This document shows positions 48,770 to 58,551 of a stretch of DNA of 64,000 nt, piece after piece. The notes under the pieces are model-generated. The model saw only the letters and a list, made by a program, of their open reading frames with translations. It was not told the origin of the DNA and did no database searches. A program made the translations under genes and the position numbers. Every line of letters begins with the position of its first letter. Positions within the stretch are counted from its first letter, which is position 1. The stretch comes from an uncultured archaeon (lineage in GTDB: Archaea > Asgardarchaeota > Hermodarchaeia > Hermodarchaeales > Hermodarchaeaceae): positions 102,701-166,700 of the forward strand of contig CAYFXC010000003.1 of NCBI GenBank assembly GCA_964347045.1, given 5' to 3'.

Positions 48770-50092
48770 TTATTTTGGGAATTTTTTAAACACGTCATCA
48801 AGAGTGGGTTTTCCAATTTCCTGGAGCTCATAACGCACTCGAACTGAAGGCTTGTTTATTTTGACGACATTCCCTAAATCAATAGGAGTTCCAATAACAA
48901 CAACTTCCGCATCTGCAGCATCAATGGTCTTTTCGAGTTCCTTGACCTGCTTGTCACTATATCCCATAGCCGGGAGAATTTCGCTTAAATGTGGATATTT
49001 CTCGAATGTAGTCTTTATTGATCCAACAGCATGTGGGCGTGGGTCAATGATTTCTGCAGCTCCATATTTTTCAGCAGCTATCCATCCCGCCCCGATTTCC
49101 ATTTCGCCATGTGTTAGTGTTGGCCCATCTTCGATGACAAGCACTCGTTTTCCGCGAATTGCTGCAGGGTCGTCAACAAATAGAGGTGATGCTGCATCGA
49201 TAATTATCGCTCGAGGATTGACCACGCGTGTGGTTCGTCGGACCTGTTCGATGTATTCGGGTTCTGCAGTGTCAATCTTGTTAATTATCACCACATCGGC
49301 CATTCGAAGATTCGTTTCACCTGGATGATACATGACCTCATGGCCAGCCCGATGGGGGTCGGCTATCACAATATGAATGTCAGGTACGTAGAACGGAAAA
49401 TCATTATTTCCGCCATCAAATACAATAACATCTGCATCCTTTTCCGCTTTCTCAAGAATAATGCCATAATCCACCCCCGCGTAAACAATGGCGCCCCGGT
49501 CGATATGTGGTTCGTATTCTTCCATCTCTTCAATAGTGGTGTTATACTTCTTTAGATCTTCAAGAGTTTCGAAGCGTTGGCATACCTGCTCAGCGAGGTT
49601 ACCGTAAGGCATTGGGTGCCGTATCACAACAACTTTCAATCCTTTTTTCCGAAGAATTTCGACGACACGTCGGCTGGTTTGACTTTTACCTGCTCCCGTT
49701 CTCACCGCACAAATAGCAACAACGGGCTTTTTGCTTTTTAGCATCGTTGTATTGGGTCCCATTAATCGGAAATCAGCACCCATTGAGTGAACCCATGAGG
49801 CTAAGTGCATCACATCCAGATGAGCTATATCACTATAAGCAAAAATTACCTGTTCTATGTCGTGCTCTTTTACCAGAGCAGGTAGAATATCTTCAGGGTA
49901 AATTGGGATGCCCCTAGGATAGAGCTTTCCCGCAAGGATCGGTGGATAGATCCTTTCTTCAATTCCAGGAATTTGAGTTGCGGTAAAGGCAACGACCTCA
50001 TATGCTTCATTGTCTCTAAAGTAGACGTTGAAATTATGGAAGTCCCGCCCCGCGGCACCCATGATGATTACACGCGTTCTTTCCATAATCAA
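48770..50092 (-). CDS. Cyclic 2,3-diphosphoglycerate synthetase-family P-loop protein
   Basis: MGAAGRDFHNFN, TGAGKSQTS, RHPMPYG, EE.EEYEPH, DGGNND, YHPGE.N, EDGPTLTHG. Confidence 0.88.
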   Translation of the reverse strand: MIMERTRVIIMGAAGRDFHNFNVYFRDNEAYEVVAFTATQIPGIEERIYPPILAGKLYPRGIPIYPEDILPALVKEHDIEQVIFAYSDIAHLDVMHLASWVHSMGADFRLMGPNTTMLKSKKPVVAICAVRTGAGKSQTSRRVVEILRKKGLKVVVIRHPMPYGNLAEQVCQRFETLEDLKKYNTTIEEMEEYEPHIDRGAIVYAGVDYGIILEKAEKDADVIVFDGGNNDFPFYVPDIHIVIADPHRAGHEVMYHPGETNLRMADVVIINKIDTAEPEYIEQVRRTTRVVNPRAIIIDAASPLFVDDPAAIRGKRVLVIEDGPTLTHGEMEIGAGWIAAEKYGAAEIIDPRPHAVGSIKTTFEKYPHLSEILPAMGYSDKQVKELEKTIDAADAEVVVIGTPIDLGNVVKINKPSVRVRYELQEIGKPTLDDVFKKFPK

Positions 50093-50251
50093 TCACAACC
50101 AGTATTGGGCACGGTAGCATATCTCAGTAAAAGCCTTGTGTTTCATCAGTAAGCGCCTAATATCTACCCGTATTAGTCACTTGCGAGCTACTTAACACAC
50201 AACACCAAGAAGAAACTGTACTACTAACAGTTAAAAGGCTCCATTCATCAT

Positions 50252-50431
50252 CACCAAGATAATGGGGGTATTTCCATGCGGGGAAAAAGTATCCTCCTAT
50301 TTGGTGTAAGGCTCATCAAATTCCTCATTGCTCCTTTCCTTAAAAGGTAGAGATGAGATGATTCCAACACACCTGGTATGAAGTTGTTTTTTCCGTGGAC
50401 GGGCTTCATCCAGGTGAATTCTCTTTTTTTT
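50252..50431 (+). ncRNA. Candidate three-hairpin ncRNA ending in an oligo-T tract
   Basis: Stems at 50252-50306, 50312-50357 and 50370-50416 (CACCTGG-T-ATGAAG/CTTCAT-CCAGGTG); G-U pairs favour the plus strand; T8 at 50424-50431. Confidence 0.4.
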
Positions 50432-50855
50432 ATGGTGCAGGTCGAGCCATGTAACGAGCAACTATCGATAAAACAGCTCCAAGTATGGCTGGTGAATTGA
50501 ATAGGATAACTGGCCAGACAACTGGTGAAATGCCTGTAAGAATGAATCCTATGAAAAGGACAATGAGACTAAAGATGCCCATACCTGCGCCGAGACCAAC
50601 AATGAATCGTCCAGTTCCTATACGGTTGACAAGGAATAGTGTAGACCCAAAGATAACGGCGACGCCACCAAATGCGGCAATCCAATTAAGAACAGAGAGC
50701 AAAAGGTCTACAAAATATGCAACTTCAGGTGGCAAACCAAGAAATGCAATGACTAACGGTAAGTACGCCCATAAGCCAATTCCGCCCACGGCGCTTGCAG
50801 AAATCATTAGAAGGCCACCCACAAAACCAATGATGAAAGAGAATTTGTTTTCCAT
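50430..50855 (-). CDS. Small Gly-rich 4-TM membrane protein
   Basis: Four hydrophobic Gly-rich helices. Confidence 0.75.
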   Translation of the reverse strand: MENKFSFIIGFVGGLLMISASAVGGIGLWAYLPLVIAFLGLPPEVAYFVDLLLSVLNWIAAFGGVAVIFGSTLFLVNRIGTGRFIVGLGAGMGIFSLIVLFIGFILTGISPVVWPVILFNSPAILGAVLSIVARYMARPAP

Positions 50856-51019
50856 TTGGTAGATTCCTCTAGAAAGTAAAGCTCGAAGTGAGAATTTAAA
50901 ATCATTGGCAAGCTAGATTTTAGTAGAAAAAAATGATTGTATTGCTTGTTCTTTGATGATAGAGACAAACTTTTATAACTCCACACTGTGAACGTGCTTC
51001 TACCAGAGGTCGAATTGTA

Positions 51020-51730
51020 ATGATGGAAAGAAGTCTAGCCTATGATCGTGCTATTACCATTTTCAGCCCGGAAGGGCGGTTGTACCAAGTAGAGTATGCG
51101 CTAGAAGCAGTTCGTCGAGGAAAGACCGCAATCGGTGTGAAAGCTACAAATGGAGCAGTGATTGGCGTTCACAAAGAAGCTACCTCCCCTCTGATGGATT
51201 TGGAGCAAATCCAAAAGATCTACGTAGTGGACAAGCACATCGGGTGTGCAATTGCCGGACTCCACGCGGATGCTCGAGTACTCGTTGATTTTGCCCGGGT
51301 ACAAAGCCAGATTAACCAAATTACATATGGTGAGGCCATTGATGTTGAGGTGTTAACAAAAAAGGTCTGTGACTTGAAGCAGAATTACACCCAGGTTGGT
51401 GGCATTCGTCCCTTTGGTGTTTCCTTGTTAATTGCTGGTGTAGACTCTCAAGGTCCGCAGATTTTCACTACTGATCCATCTGGGTCTTATTGGAGTTGGC
51501 GTGCAACTGCCATTGGTTACAACTCGGAAGCTGCCCGGGAGTACTTAGCGAAACACTATAAACCTTCAATCAAACTGATGCCTGCGGCTGTTAAACTCTG
51601 TATTGATACGCTACGCCAAGTGGTTGAAGAGAAGCTCGATGAAGAGGCTATGGAAATCTCGATTGTAGACATGGAAAAGCGGGTCTTTACACCACTCACC
51701 AATGAAGAAATTCGCGATATTCTCGCCTAA
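51020..51730 (+). CDS. psmA: 20S proteasome alpha subunit
   Basis: YDRAITIFSPEGRLYQVEYALEAV, KIY.VD.HIG, GL.ADAR.L, YTQ.GG.RPFGVSLL, TDPSG. Confidence 0.97.
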   Translation: MMERSLAYDRAITIFSPEGRLYQVEYALEAVRRGKTAIGVKATNGAVIGVHKEATSPLMDLEQIQKIYVVDKHIGCAIAGLHADARVLVDFARVQSQINQITYGEAIDVEVLTKKVCDLKQNYTQVGGIRPFGVSLLIAGVDSQGPQIFTTDPSGSYWSWRATAIGYNSEAAREYLAKHYKPSIKLMPAAVKLCIDTLRQVVEEKLDEEAMEISIVDMEKRVFTPLTNEEIRDILA

Positions 51731-51778
51731 GCTAAGTAAGCGATATCAATTGATGGGCGAAACATATCTAAGTCGATA

Positions 51779-52336
51779 TTAGTCTTCGAAATCCCAGTCC
51801 TCTTCGTCATCTTGTGTCTTGCCTTTCTTTTTCTTGCCTTTCATCATTTGGATTTGACTTTCTAGGGGTCGATCAATCCGAAGCACATTATCTGCGGCGT
51901 TTTGCACAGCTACGCTAAAACCTGGGTCAAAGCCGATGGCTAGGGTTTCAAGGCCATGTTCTCTGGCCCGTCGAAGAATGGGTGCTGTTCTGGCGTGGCG
52001 ACTAAAAACAACTAGGAGCTTAGTGGCGTCACCCAAAATGAGATCCATCGATTCGATTGTCATCTGCAAATGAACATCAGATGTGGTTACAACGGGAGTA
52101 AATCCACTATTAGAGATAGCTTCCAATAATTTGGAGCTTGCCCGTTCGTTTAAGTAGACTTTTGCAACGCCAATTTTACCCAATTGTTCAATTTGGTTTT
52201 TCAAATCATCTAAACGAATATCAAATTCGCGTCGAAGCACATTTGGACCATCAATAAGTAATGCAACTCTGCCTGAACGGCGCAATCTGGTTATTAGGCG
52301 TACTAGGCTTCTTATTCGTCCTGTACGGGATGACAT
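51779..52336 (-). CDS. NYN (PIN-like) domain protein, TIGR00288-like, with a degenerate active site
   Basis: LLIDGPN.LR.EF, AKVYLN..AS.KL.EAI.N.GF.P, GFS.A.QNAAD. Confidence 0.85.
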   Translation of the reverse strand: MSSRTGRIRSLVRLITRLRRSGRVALLIDGPNVLRREFDIRLDDLKNQIEQLGKIGVAKVYLNERASSKLLEAISNSGFTPVVTTSDVHLQMTIESMDLILGDATKLLVVFSRHARTAPILRRAREHGLETLAIGFDPGFSVAVQNAADNVLRIDRPLESQIQMMKGKKKKGKTQDDEEDWDFED

Positions 52337-52488
52337 AGATATTCAAACTCGTCTGAGCTGATATAGCTTTTAAAGGGAGGAATGATTGCTCTTTCCTCAA
52401 TTTCCTGTGCTATGCCTTAATTCTTTTGTTTTAATACGGAAAGTTTAACTGCTTGTCTTTGATGTAAAGCAGAACGGGGAAAGTTGTC

Positions 52489-53169
52489 ATGAAACAAGTA
52501 ATCGAGCAAGAAAAAGCATGGGAAATGATCCGGGGCGCGAAAAGTGCCGGTGGTCAAATCGTTTCAGCCACAATCCATGTTCGTATATCAGAAAGTAGTA
52601 ATCAATCGGATTTTAATAAAACCGTAAGCGCCATTCTAGATGATGGATTTTCACAGCCACGTGGACGCGCTGTAATAGTCTGGGGAGAACAAGCCGCAGA
52701 AATAAGGGATCTTGCTAATTTGTGGTTATATTATGGGGTTGTAGAATCTTCAGAAATCCTATCAACCTGTCGGAATTTAGCTGGTAAAGCGGGATTTGGT
52801 GAAACTGGAAAGCTTCGGCTAACTTGTGTATTAGAGTTTTCTGAACGGAATCGTGTTGTAACGCTTCATGATCTAACTTATCCTGCACGTGGTGGTGAAG
52901 CAGTAGCAGATACTGTTGCTCTTCGCCCGTTCAAAGCTACTAATGATAAGGGTGAATACACTTTTCGAACGGTTCCTGAACTAAAAGAATTTCTCACTAA
53001 AGTCAAGGACGCAGAGACGCATAAATTTGATGATAAAACTGGAAAATGGGTCCGTTGGGTTGAAGTCGAACAAACTGAAGATAAACTGGTCGTAAATATA
53101 CCAAGTCAAAAGGGATCACGGAAGTTACAAATCGATCTAGAAACTGGGAAAGTTGAAGAAAAGAAATAA
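52489..53169 (+). CDS. Hypothetical soluble protein
   Basis: 226-aa ORF with a purine-rich upstream sequence; no family recognised. Confidence 0.75.
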   Translation: MKQVIEQEKAWEMIRGAKSAGGQIVSATIHVRISESSNQSDFNKTVSAILDDGFSQPRGRAVIVWGEQAAEIRDLANLWLYYGVVESSEILSTCRNLAGKAGFGETGKLRLTCVLEFSERNRVVTLHDLTYPARGGEAVADTVALRPFKATNDKGEYTFRTVPELKEFLTKVKDAETHKFDDKTGKWVRWVEVEQTEDKLVVNIPSQKGSRKLQIDLETGKVEEKK

Positions 53170-53271
53170 TTCTCCCTTTAAACTATTTTTCTAAGGAGCA
53201 GGCTTATTAGCTCTGACGAACTATTATCTAATCCGCTTGTTAAACCCACTTACTAAATGAGGTGACTATTC

Positions 53272-53937
53272 ATGTCTGATGAAGAGAGATTGGAACAAGA
53301 AGAGGAGAAAAAGAAAGAAGAAAAACGCAACGTAGCAAAGCAACTTACCACTTCTTTCCCGAAGTTTCTTCTAAATGGACTGATAGTCATCGGCTTAGGT
53401 TTGTTTTATATCTTTGTTGTTCCCCTCTTCGTCTTACTTGATTACTATCCCATACTAGTATTACCCACAATCTGGGATCCAACCGGAATCATCATCTTAA
53501 CTGGTTATTCGCTTATTCGAATTGGTGTTCTGCTAGTTATCCTATTATTTGGCATTGAAGCGTTAATGCAATTTGCACGATCCGCTGATGCCTTCTCAGA
53601 TTATATAATCAGCCGTTTACCAGGCATGCGATCAACAGATCGCTACCATCCACGCCGTATTCCCCTTGATTTAATTTACATTTTCATGGTATTAGCAGTC
53701 TATGTTATTGTATCACCAATATTTCTACCAGGAATGTTTCCGATTATTGTTCTCCAACCTTACTTCCAAATTCTTGCAGTTGCTATAGTCCTTTTCTTTG
53801 TCTTGGTCTTCATTTATGACCTTGCCAAATCCATTCAGAAATCAGCCAAACGTGGAATCGATAATTTTGGAAATAGGCTAGGTCGCCGTTATGAAGTTGA
53901 TTCCGAAGAATTAGAAAAAACCGACCAAGAATACTAG
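53272..53937 (+). CDS. Hypothetical 4-TM membrane protein
   Basis: GAGGTGA SD; two TM hairpins; charged termini. Confidence 0.8.
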   Translation: MSDEERLEQEEEKKKEEKRNVAKQLTTSFPKFLLNGLIVIGLGLFYIFVVPLFVLLDYYPILVLPTIWDPTGIIILTGYSLIRIGVLLVILLFGIEALMQFARSADAFSDYIISRLPGMRSTDRYHPRRIPLDLIYIFMVLAVYVIVSPIFLPGMFPIIVLQPYFQILAVAIVLFFVLVFIYDLAKSIQKSAKRGIDNFGNRLGRRYEVDSEELEKTDQEY

Positions 53938-53939
53938 CG

Positions 53940-54833
53940 TCAACTCGATGGGTTAACTGTTGCTTCCACCGTTGTAGAGGTACGTTTTCTACTCGTTTTC
54001 TTTGGAGCAACCTTGGCAATTTCAGCAAGAATTTCAGCAGTCCTTCTGAGCCCATGTAATCTCATGGCTTTACCAGGTGGTGGATCAAGACCCACAAGAA
54101 TCTGAACGGTTGCATTGATATTATTGACGCGTACAAAAGTCCAGAATTCGTTTAGAGCTTTGAGTTGTGGTTCTATATATTCTGTGAAATCTTCGTCTTT
54201 GAATTTCGGAAACTCAATACGCAGATACCAGGTATCCTGCATATCTTTTAGGATTCTTCCCGATAGGCCATGCATATCCATTAGAAAAGTGAGGAGCGGC
54301 TCCAGTGCTTCACGACGAACAATATCACCATCAGGATCTAAACTGACTAAGTTTCTTTTCAGATCGACGATAAAAATCCCATTCCCGACTCCGAAGTACC
54401 ATCGGTTTTCGATTGCATACCCATGAACGGTTTGTTTGGTTTTCGTTTCCAAGAATTCTTTAAATGCAGAAAAATTGGCTTCGGGGTTGTCTTTCTTAAA
54501 CTGAATGAACCTTCGGAAGTAGGAGAGCGGATACCGTGGTTCGTGTGGGTGATCACGTTTTGCTCCCGATTTTAAATAAGCTTCTAGTGCACGGAGACTT
54601 ACTTGGTAACAAAAAGATGGTAGATCATTCGGTCGGGCGCCCAGTGCAATTAGCATATTTAAGAAGACGCGATCAGAACACAGTGGTTTTATTGTGCATC
54701 GCATTCGGTCACGTTGGCATTGTTTACATGTGGTTGCCATCTTTGTAAGGACTTGTGTGAGCATAAAACGTCCCATAGTTGGATTTCCGAGTTCCTCCAA
54801 CTGCTCAAATCGGTCTTGATATTTCATGTACAC
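53940..54833 (-). CDS. Hypothetical protein with an N-terminal Cys cluster
   Basis: CKQC-x6-C-x5-C and a downstream FCY. Confidence 0.75.
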   Translation of the reverse strand: MYMKYQDRFEQLEELGNPTMGRFMLTQVLTKMATTCKQCQRDRMRCTIKPLCSDRVFLNMLIALGARPNDLPSFCYQVSLRALEAYLKSGAKRDHPHEPRYPLSYFRRFIQFKKDNPEANFSAFKEFLETKTKQTVHGYAIENRWYFGVGNGIFIVDLKRNLVSLDPDGDIVRREALEPLLTFLMDMHGLSGRILKDMQDTWYLRIEFPKFKDEDFTEYIEPQLKALNEFWTFVRVNNINATVQILVGLDPPPGKAMRLHGLRRTAEILAEIAKVAPKKTSRKRTSTTVEATVNPSS

Positions 54834-55109
54834 AGTCCGTCACCAAATGCTACCCTGTAAAATCCAGCTCTTCAGCCTTTAATCGATGATAGATTCTATT
54901 AGACAGGCTCTACAAATGCCTAGAGGTTTCTAAACCTTTCGGTGTGTAAATGAGTGGTTATAGCCCAATTAACCATATATTCCTCTCTCCACCGTCGAAT
55001 AAATTTAGAGACAAAAGGGATTTCATCAAGATGAGCAAAGCATAAAAGACTTGAAGCTCTCCATCGAAGCGAATTTCACCAATACCTTTATCACCGGGTG
55101 TAGCGTCTC

Positions 55110-55679
55110 ATGACTGAAAGAATCATTGACCTTCGGTTTCATGGTCGTGGGGGTCAAGGCGCTTGGACTGCCTCTATCCTCCTTGCCCGCGCCGCCATAA
55201 GCGAAGGTAAACACGCGCAATCTTTTCCTTTCTTTGGGCCCGAACGTAGTGGTGCTCCAGTTGAAGCCTTTGCCCGAATAAGTAACAAAGAAATTGAATT
55301 GCATAGCAAAGTGTATGAACCAGATTATGTTGTGGTTATTGATCCCACGCTTCTCGTCCAAGTTCCTCATACAATCATCGCTGGTACAAATGGGAAAACT
55401 AAGCTTATTGTTAATACTCGAGAAGATGGTGCCACCATCGCTCAAAACCTTGGATTCAAAGGAGAAGTCTGGACACTCGCAGCAACAGACTTAGCTCGAG
55501 AAATCATTGGTCGTCCAATCGCAAATACTGCCATGCTAGGAGCCTTGATTCGAGCGACCAACCTCATTAAACTTGAGAGTTTATTTACAGAAGTAACAAA
55601 TCAGTTTGGCGAACGCATCGGAGAACGAAATGTAACCGTTATTCAACGTGCATATGATGAGGTGGAACAAAATGCCTAA
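55110..55679 (+). CDS. porC: Pyruvate/2-oxoacid:ferredoxin oxidoreductase gamma subunit
   Basis: RFHGRGGQG, FP.FGPER.GAPV, NT.MLGA. Confidence 0.95.
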   Translation: MTERIIDLRFHGRGGQGAWTASILLARAAISEGKHAQSFPFFGPERSGAPVEAFARISNKEIELHSKVYEPDYVVVIDPTLLVQVPHTIIAGTNGKTKLIVNTREDGATIAQNLGFKGEVWTLAATDLAREIIGRPIANTAMLGALIRATNLIKLESLFTEVTNQFGERIGERNVTVIQRAYDEVEQNA

Positions 55680-55944
55680 GAAACTACCTGGTTCCAAAGA
55701 CATTCCCCCTGCTGGAATTACTTGGAAACCTGCTACTGAATACAAAACTGGTGATTGGCGGAGCAAACGCCCAATTCGCGATGAAGAAAAATGCACGCGC
55801 TGTCTAATTTGTTGGGTTTTTTGTCCTGATGCTGCCATCAGTTGGGATGGAAATGATATTCACTTCGACATGAATTACTGTAAAGGCTGTGGCATTTGTG
55901 CTGAAGAGTGCCCAGTAATAGCTATCGAAATGGAGGATGAGTGA
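55672..55944 (+). CDS. porD: Pyruvate/2-oxoacid:ferredoxin oxidoreductase delta subunit (2x4Fe-4S)
   Basis: KTGDWR..RP, CTRCLIC..FCPD, YCKGCGICAEECP. Confidence 0.95.
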   Translation: MPKKLPGSKDIPPAGITWKPATEYKTGDWRSKRPIRDEEKCTRCLICWVFCPDAAISWDGNDIHFDMNYCKGCGICAEECPVIAIEMEDE

Positions 55945-57176
55945 GTCAGATGTCAGTTAACCAAATCCTTATGGGTATTAATGGTGACGAAGCTGTCGCT
56001 TACGCCGCTAAACACGCGCTCGTTGATGTTTGTGCTGCTTATCCAATTACCCCACAAACCATTATTGTTGAAAAGTTCGCTGAGTTTGTAGCTAATGGTG
56101 AAGTCGATACAGAATTCGTCCGTGTAGAATCTGAACATAGTGCGCTCAGTGCATGTCTAGGCGCTTCTGCAGCAGGAGCGCGCACCTTCACAGCTAGTGC
56201 TGCAAATGGTGTTGAACTCATGCATGAAGTCATCTTCCTTACATCATCCATACGTCAACCCGTTGTAATGGCCGTCGCTGATCGCTCACCTAGCGGACCC
56301 ATCAATATTCATGGTGACCAAACTGTTTCCCTCGCTCAACGTGACACCGGCTGGATTATGATCTACTGTGAAAATTCCCAGGAAGCGTACGATTCAACTT
56401 TACAGGCTTTCCGCATCGGTGAACACCCCGATGTTCAACTTCCTGTCATGATCATGCTCGATGGCTTTGTCTTAACACATACCCTTGAAAACGTCTATCT
56501 ATTAGACGAAGCTGATGCCCACAAATTTGTTGGACGCCGTCAACCCATGATGATAACTATCGATGGTAAACAAGTTCCTCTCAAGCTTGATCCTAAAATC
56601 CCAATAACTATTGGACCTCTCCAGCTTTTTGACTATTATATGGAATCTAAGCTTCAACACAGTGAAGCCATGGAAAAAGCTCGACCGGTTATCTCCCAAA
56701 TCAACAACGAATGGGCTCAACTCACTGGGCGCAAATACGGTGACGGTTACCTCCAATCTTTTAAGATCAATGACGCTGATGCTGTCATTCTCACCAGCGG
56801 AAGCTCGGCTGGCACTGCGCGTTTCGTCGCTCGCCAACTCCGTGCACAAGGCAAGAAAGTCGGAGTCCTCAAGCTCCGTACCTTCCGTCCATTTCCAGAT
56901 AAGAAAATCGCTAAGATTCTCGCTGATGTTCCTGTCGTCGGTATCTTCGAACGGACTCATACCACTGGCAGCCTTGGTGGTCCAATCTTCAATGAAGTCC
57001 GTAGTGCCCTTTACGACCTCGACACACGTCCTGCTATCATGGGCTACTACGGTGGACTCGGAGGACGGGATGTTACTCCCGGCCATTTTAAAGCCATCTA
57101 CAAAGAACTACTTAAAATCCAGGACACGGGCAAAACCCCACGAAATCCCATCAAATACATCACCGTGAGAAAATAA
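55941..57176 (+). CDS. porA: Pyruvate/2-oxoacid:ferredoxin oxidoreductase alpha subunit
   Basis: AYPITPQT, VESEHSA, GARTFTA, NIHGD, DGF.LTH, GLGGRD. Confidence 0.96.
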   Translation: MSQMSVNQILMGINGDEAVAYAAKHALVDVCAAYPITPQTIIVEKFAEFVANGEVDTEFVRVESEHSALSACLGASAAGARTFTASAANGVELMHEVIFLTSSIRQPVVMAVADRSPSGPINIHGDQTVSLAQRDTGWIMIYCENSQEAYDSTLQAFRIGEHPDVQLPVMIMLDGFVLTHTLENVYLLDEADAHKFVGRRQPMMITIDGKQVPLKLDPKIPITIGPLQLFDYYMESKLQHSEAMEKARPVISQINNEWAQLTGRKYGDGYLQSFKINDADAVILTSGSSAGTARFVARQLRAQGKKVGVLKLRTFRPFPDKKIAKILADVPVVGIFERTHTTGSLGGPIFNEVRSALYDLDTRPAIMGYYGGLGGRDVTPGHFKAIYKELLKIQDTGKTPRNPIKYITVRK

Positions 57177-57192
57177 TCCGGAGGAAAAAATA

Positions 57193-58173
57193 ATGACGCA
57201 AGAACCCTCGCAGTGGCGACCTAAACTCAAGGACGTCGCCGATCAAAAAGAACTCTTCACCAGTGGTCACCGTCTCTGCGCAGGCTGCCCCGCTGGCTCC
57301 ATGGCTCGCATGGCTATGCATGCCCTCCCCAGGCCAAATAATACCATCGTCAGCCAAGCCACCGGCTGCCTAGAAGTCGCCTCGACCATTTACCCCTACA
57401 CCGCCTGGCGGGTCCCCTGGATGCACTCTCTCTTCGAAAATGCCCCGGCTAACGCTAGCGGTATCGAAGCCGCCTACAAAGCTCGAAAACGCCAAGGTCT
57501 CGAAGACGATATTCCCGATTTACTTGTGTTGAGTGGTGATGGCAGCGGATTTGATATTGGAGTTCAGGCCGCTAGTGGCGCCATCGAACGACGACACAAC
57601 TTTCTTTACATTATCTATGACAACCAAGCTTACCAAAATACTGGGATCCAACGCTCAGGTGCGACACCAAAGTATGCTTGGACAACCACTAGCCAGGTTG
57701 GGAAGGTAGTTCCTGGAAAGCCGGTTTGGAAAAAGCCCATCGCATTGGTGTATGCAGCACATGATCCCGAATATTGTGCTACAGCGTCTGTGTATCATTG
57801 GCGTGATTTCATGATGAAGGTTCGCAAAGGGATGGAAAAGGAGGGTCCTGCCATAATTCATGTATTAGCCCCTTGTCATCGAAACTGGCGGTATTCCGAA
57901 GAATTAGGAATGAAAATGGCGAAACTAGCTGTTGAAACATGTTTCCATCCTTTGTGGGAATATGAAGGAGAAACCCGTACATATTCGATGTCTTCTCCAA
58001 GTATGCGATACGTGAACGATCCATCAAAAAAGAAACCGATTGAAGAGTGGTTGGAACCTCAGGGTCGGTTCCGGCACTTGTTCCATCCAAAGCGACGTGA
58101 TGATCTCATCAAGGACTTCCAAAGTCTTGTAGATGAGGATTGGGACTTCACTATACGACTAACACAGATGTAG
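57193..58173 (+). CDS. porB: Pyruvate/2-oxoacid:ferredoxin oxidoreductase beta subunit (TPP-binding)
   Basis: GHRLCAGC, ATGCLEV, FEN, GDG...DIG, YDNQAYQNTGIQRS, APC. Confidence 0.96.
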   Translation: MTQEPSQWRPKLKDVADQKELFTSGHRLCAGCPAGSMARMAMHALPRPNNTIVSQATGCLEVASTIYPYTAWRVPWMHSLFENAPANASGIEAAYKARKRQGLEDDIPDLLVLSGDGSGFDIGVQAASGAIERRHNFLYIIYDNQAYQNTGIQRSGATPKYAWTTTSQVGKVVPGKPVWKKPIALVYAAHDPEYCATASVYHWRDFMMKVRKGMEKEGPAIIHVLAPCHRNWRYSEELGMKMAKLAVETCFHPLWEYEGETRTYSMSSPSMRYVNDPSKKKPIEEWLEPQGRFRHLFHPKRRDDLIKDFQSLVDEDWDFTIRLTQM

Positions 58174-58551
58174 CTCTGACAGCTAACATATGGGAAACCT
58201 TCCCGATCCTACTTCACGCTCCATAAAGAACTCAGTAATCCGTGTCAAATCTTATTACTTGCTTTAGTTTTGGAACCATTTAATCGAGACCCCTTTGTCC
58301 GATGAAATGCAGCCATGCATCAACAGTGATAATTATGGGTAGGCTTTGGTAGTAATACGCTCTTTCACCAACGAAATTACTTCACCAACCTTGGCTGCTC
58401 CTCTTTCTCTTGAATGCTAATACCTTATCCTATCAGCAAATGGGCTTCTTAAATTAATTGAACCCAACTAGCTTCGAATTCTTGGCGATTCATGCGACTT
58501 ATATGGTTTACAACTTTAGGCTAGGACAAAATTCTAAGGTTAGAATGAGAA

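Noticed and set aside
56502-57168. Long alternative-frame ORFs (194 aa and 185 aa) within porA
   Set aside because: Explained by the C-rich codon bias of porA; no protein motifs
58174-58551. Gene remnant or ncRNA in the 378-bp gap after porB
   Set aside because: Only a short hairpin and a TTCACCAAC direct repeat; all frames are interrupted and no homology was recognised
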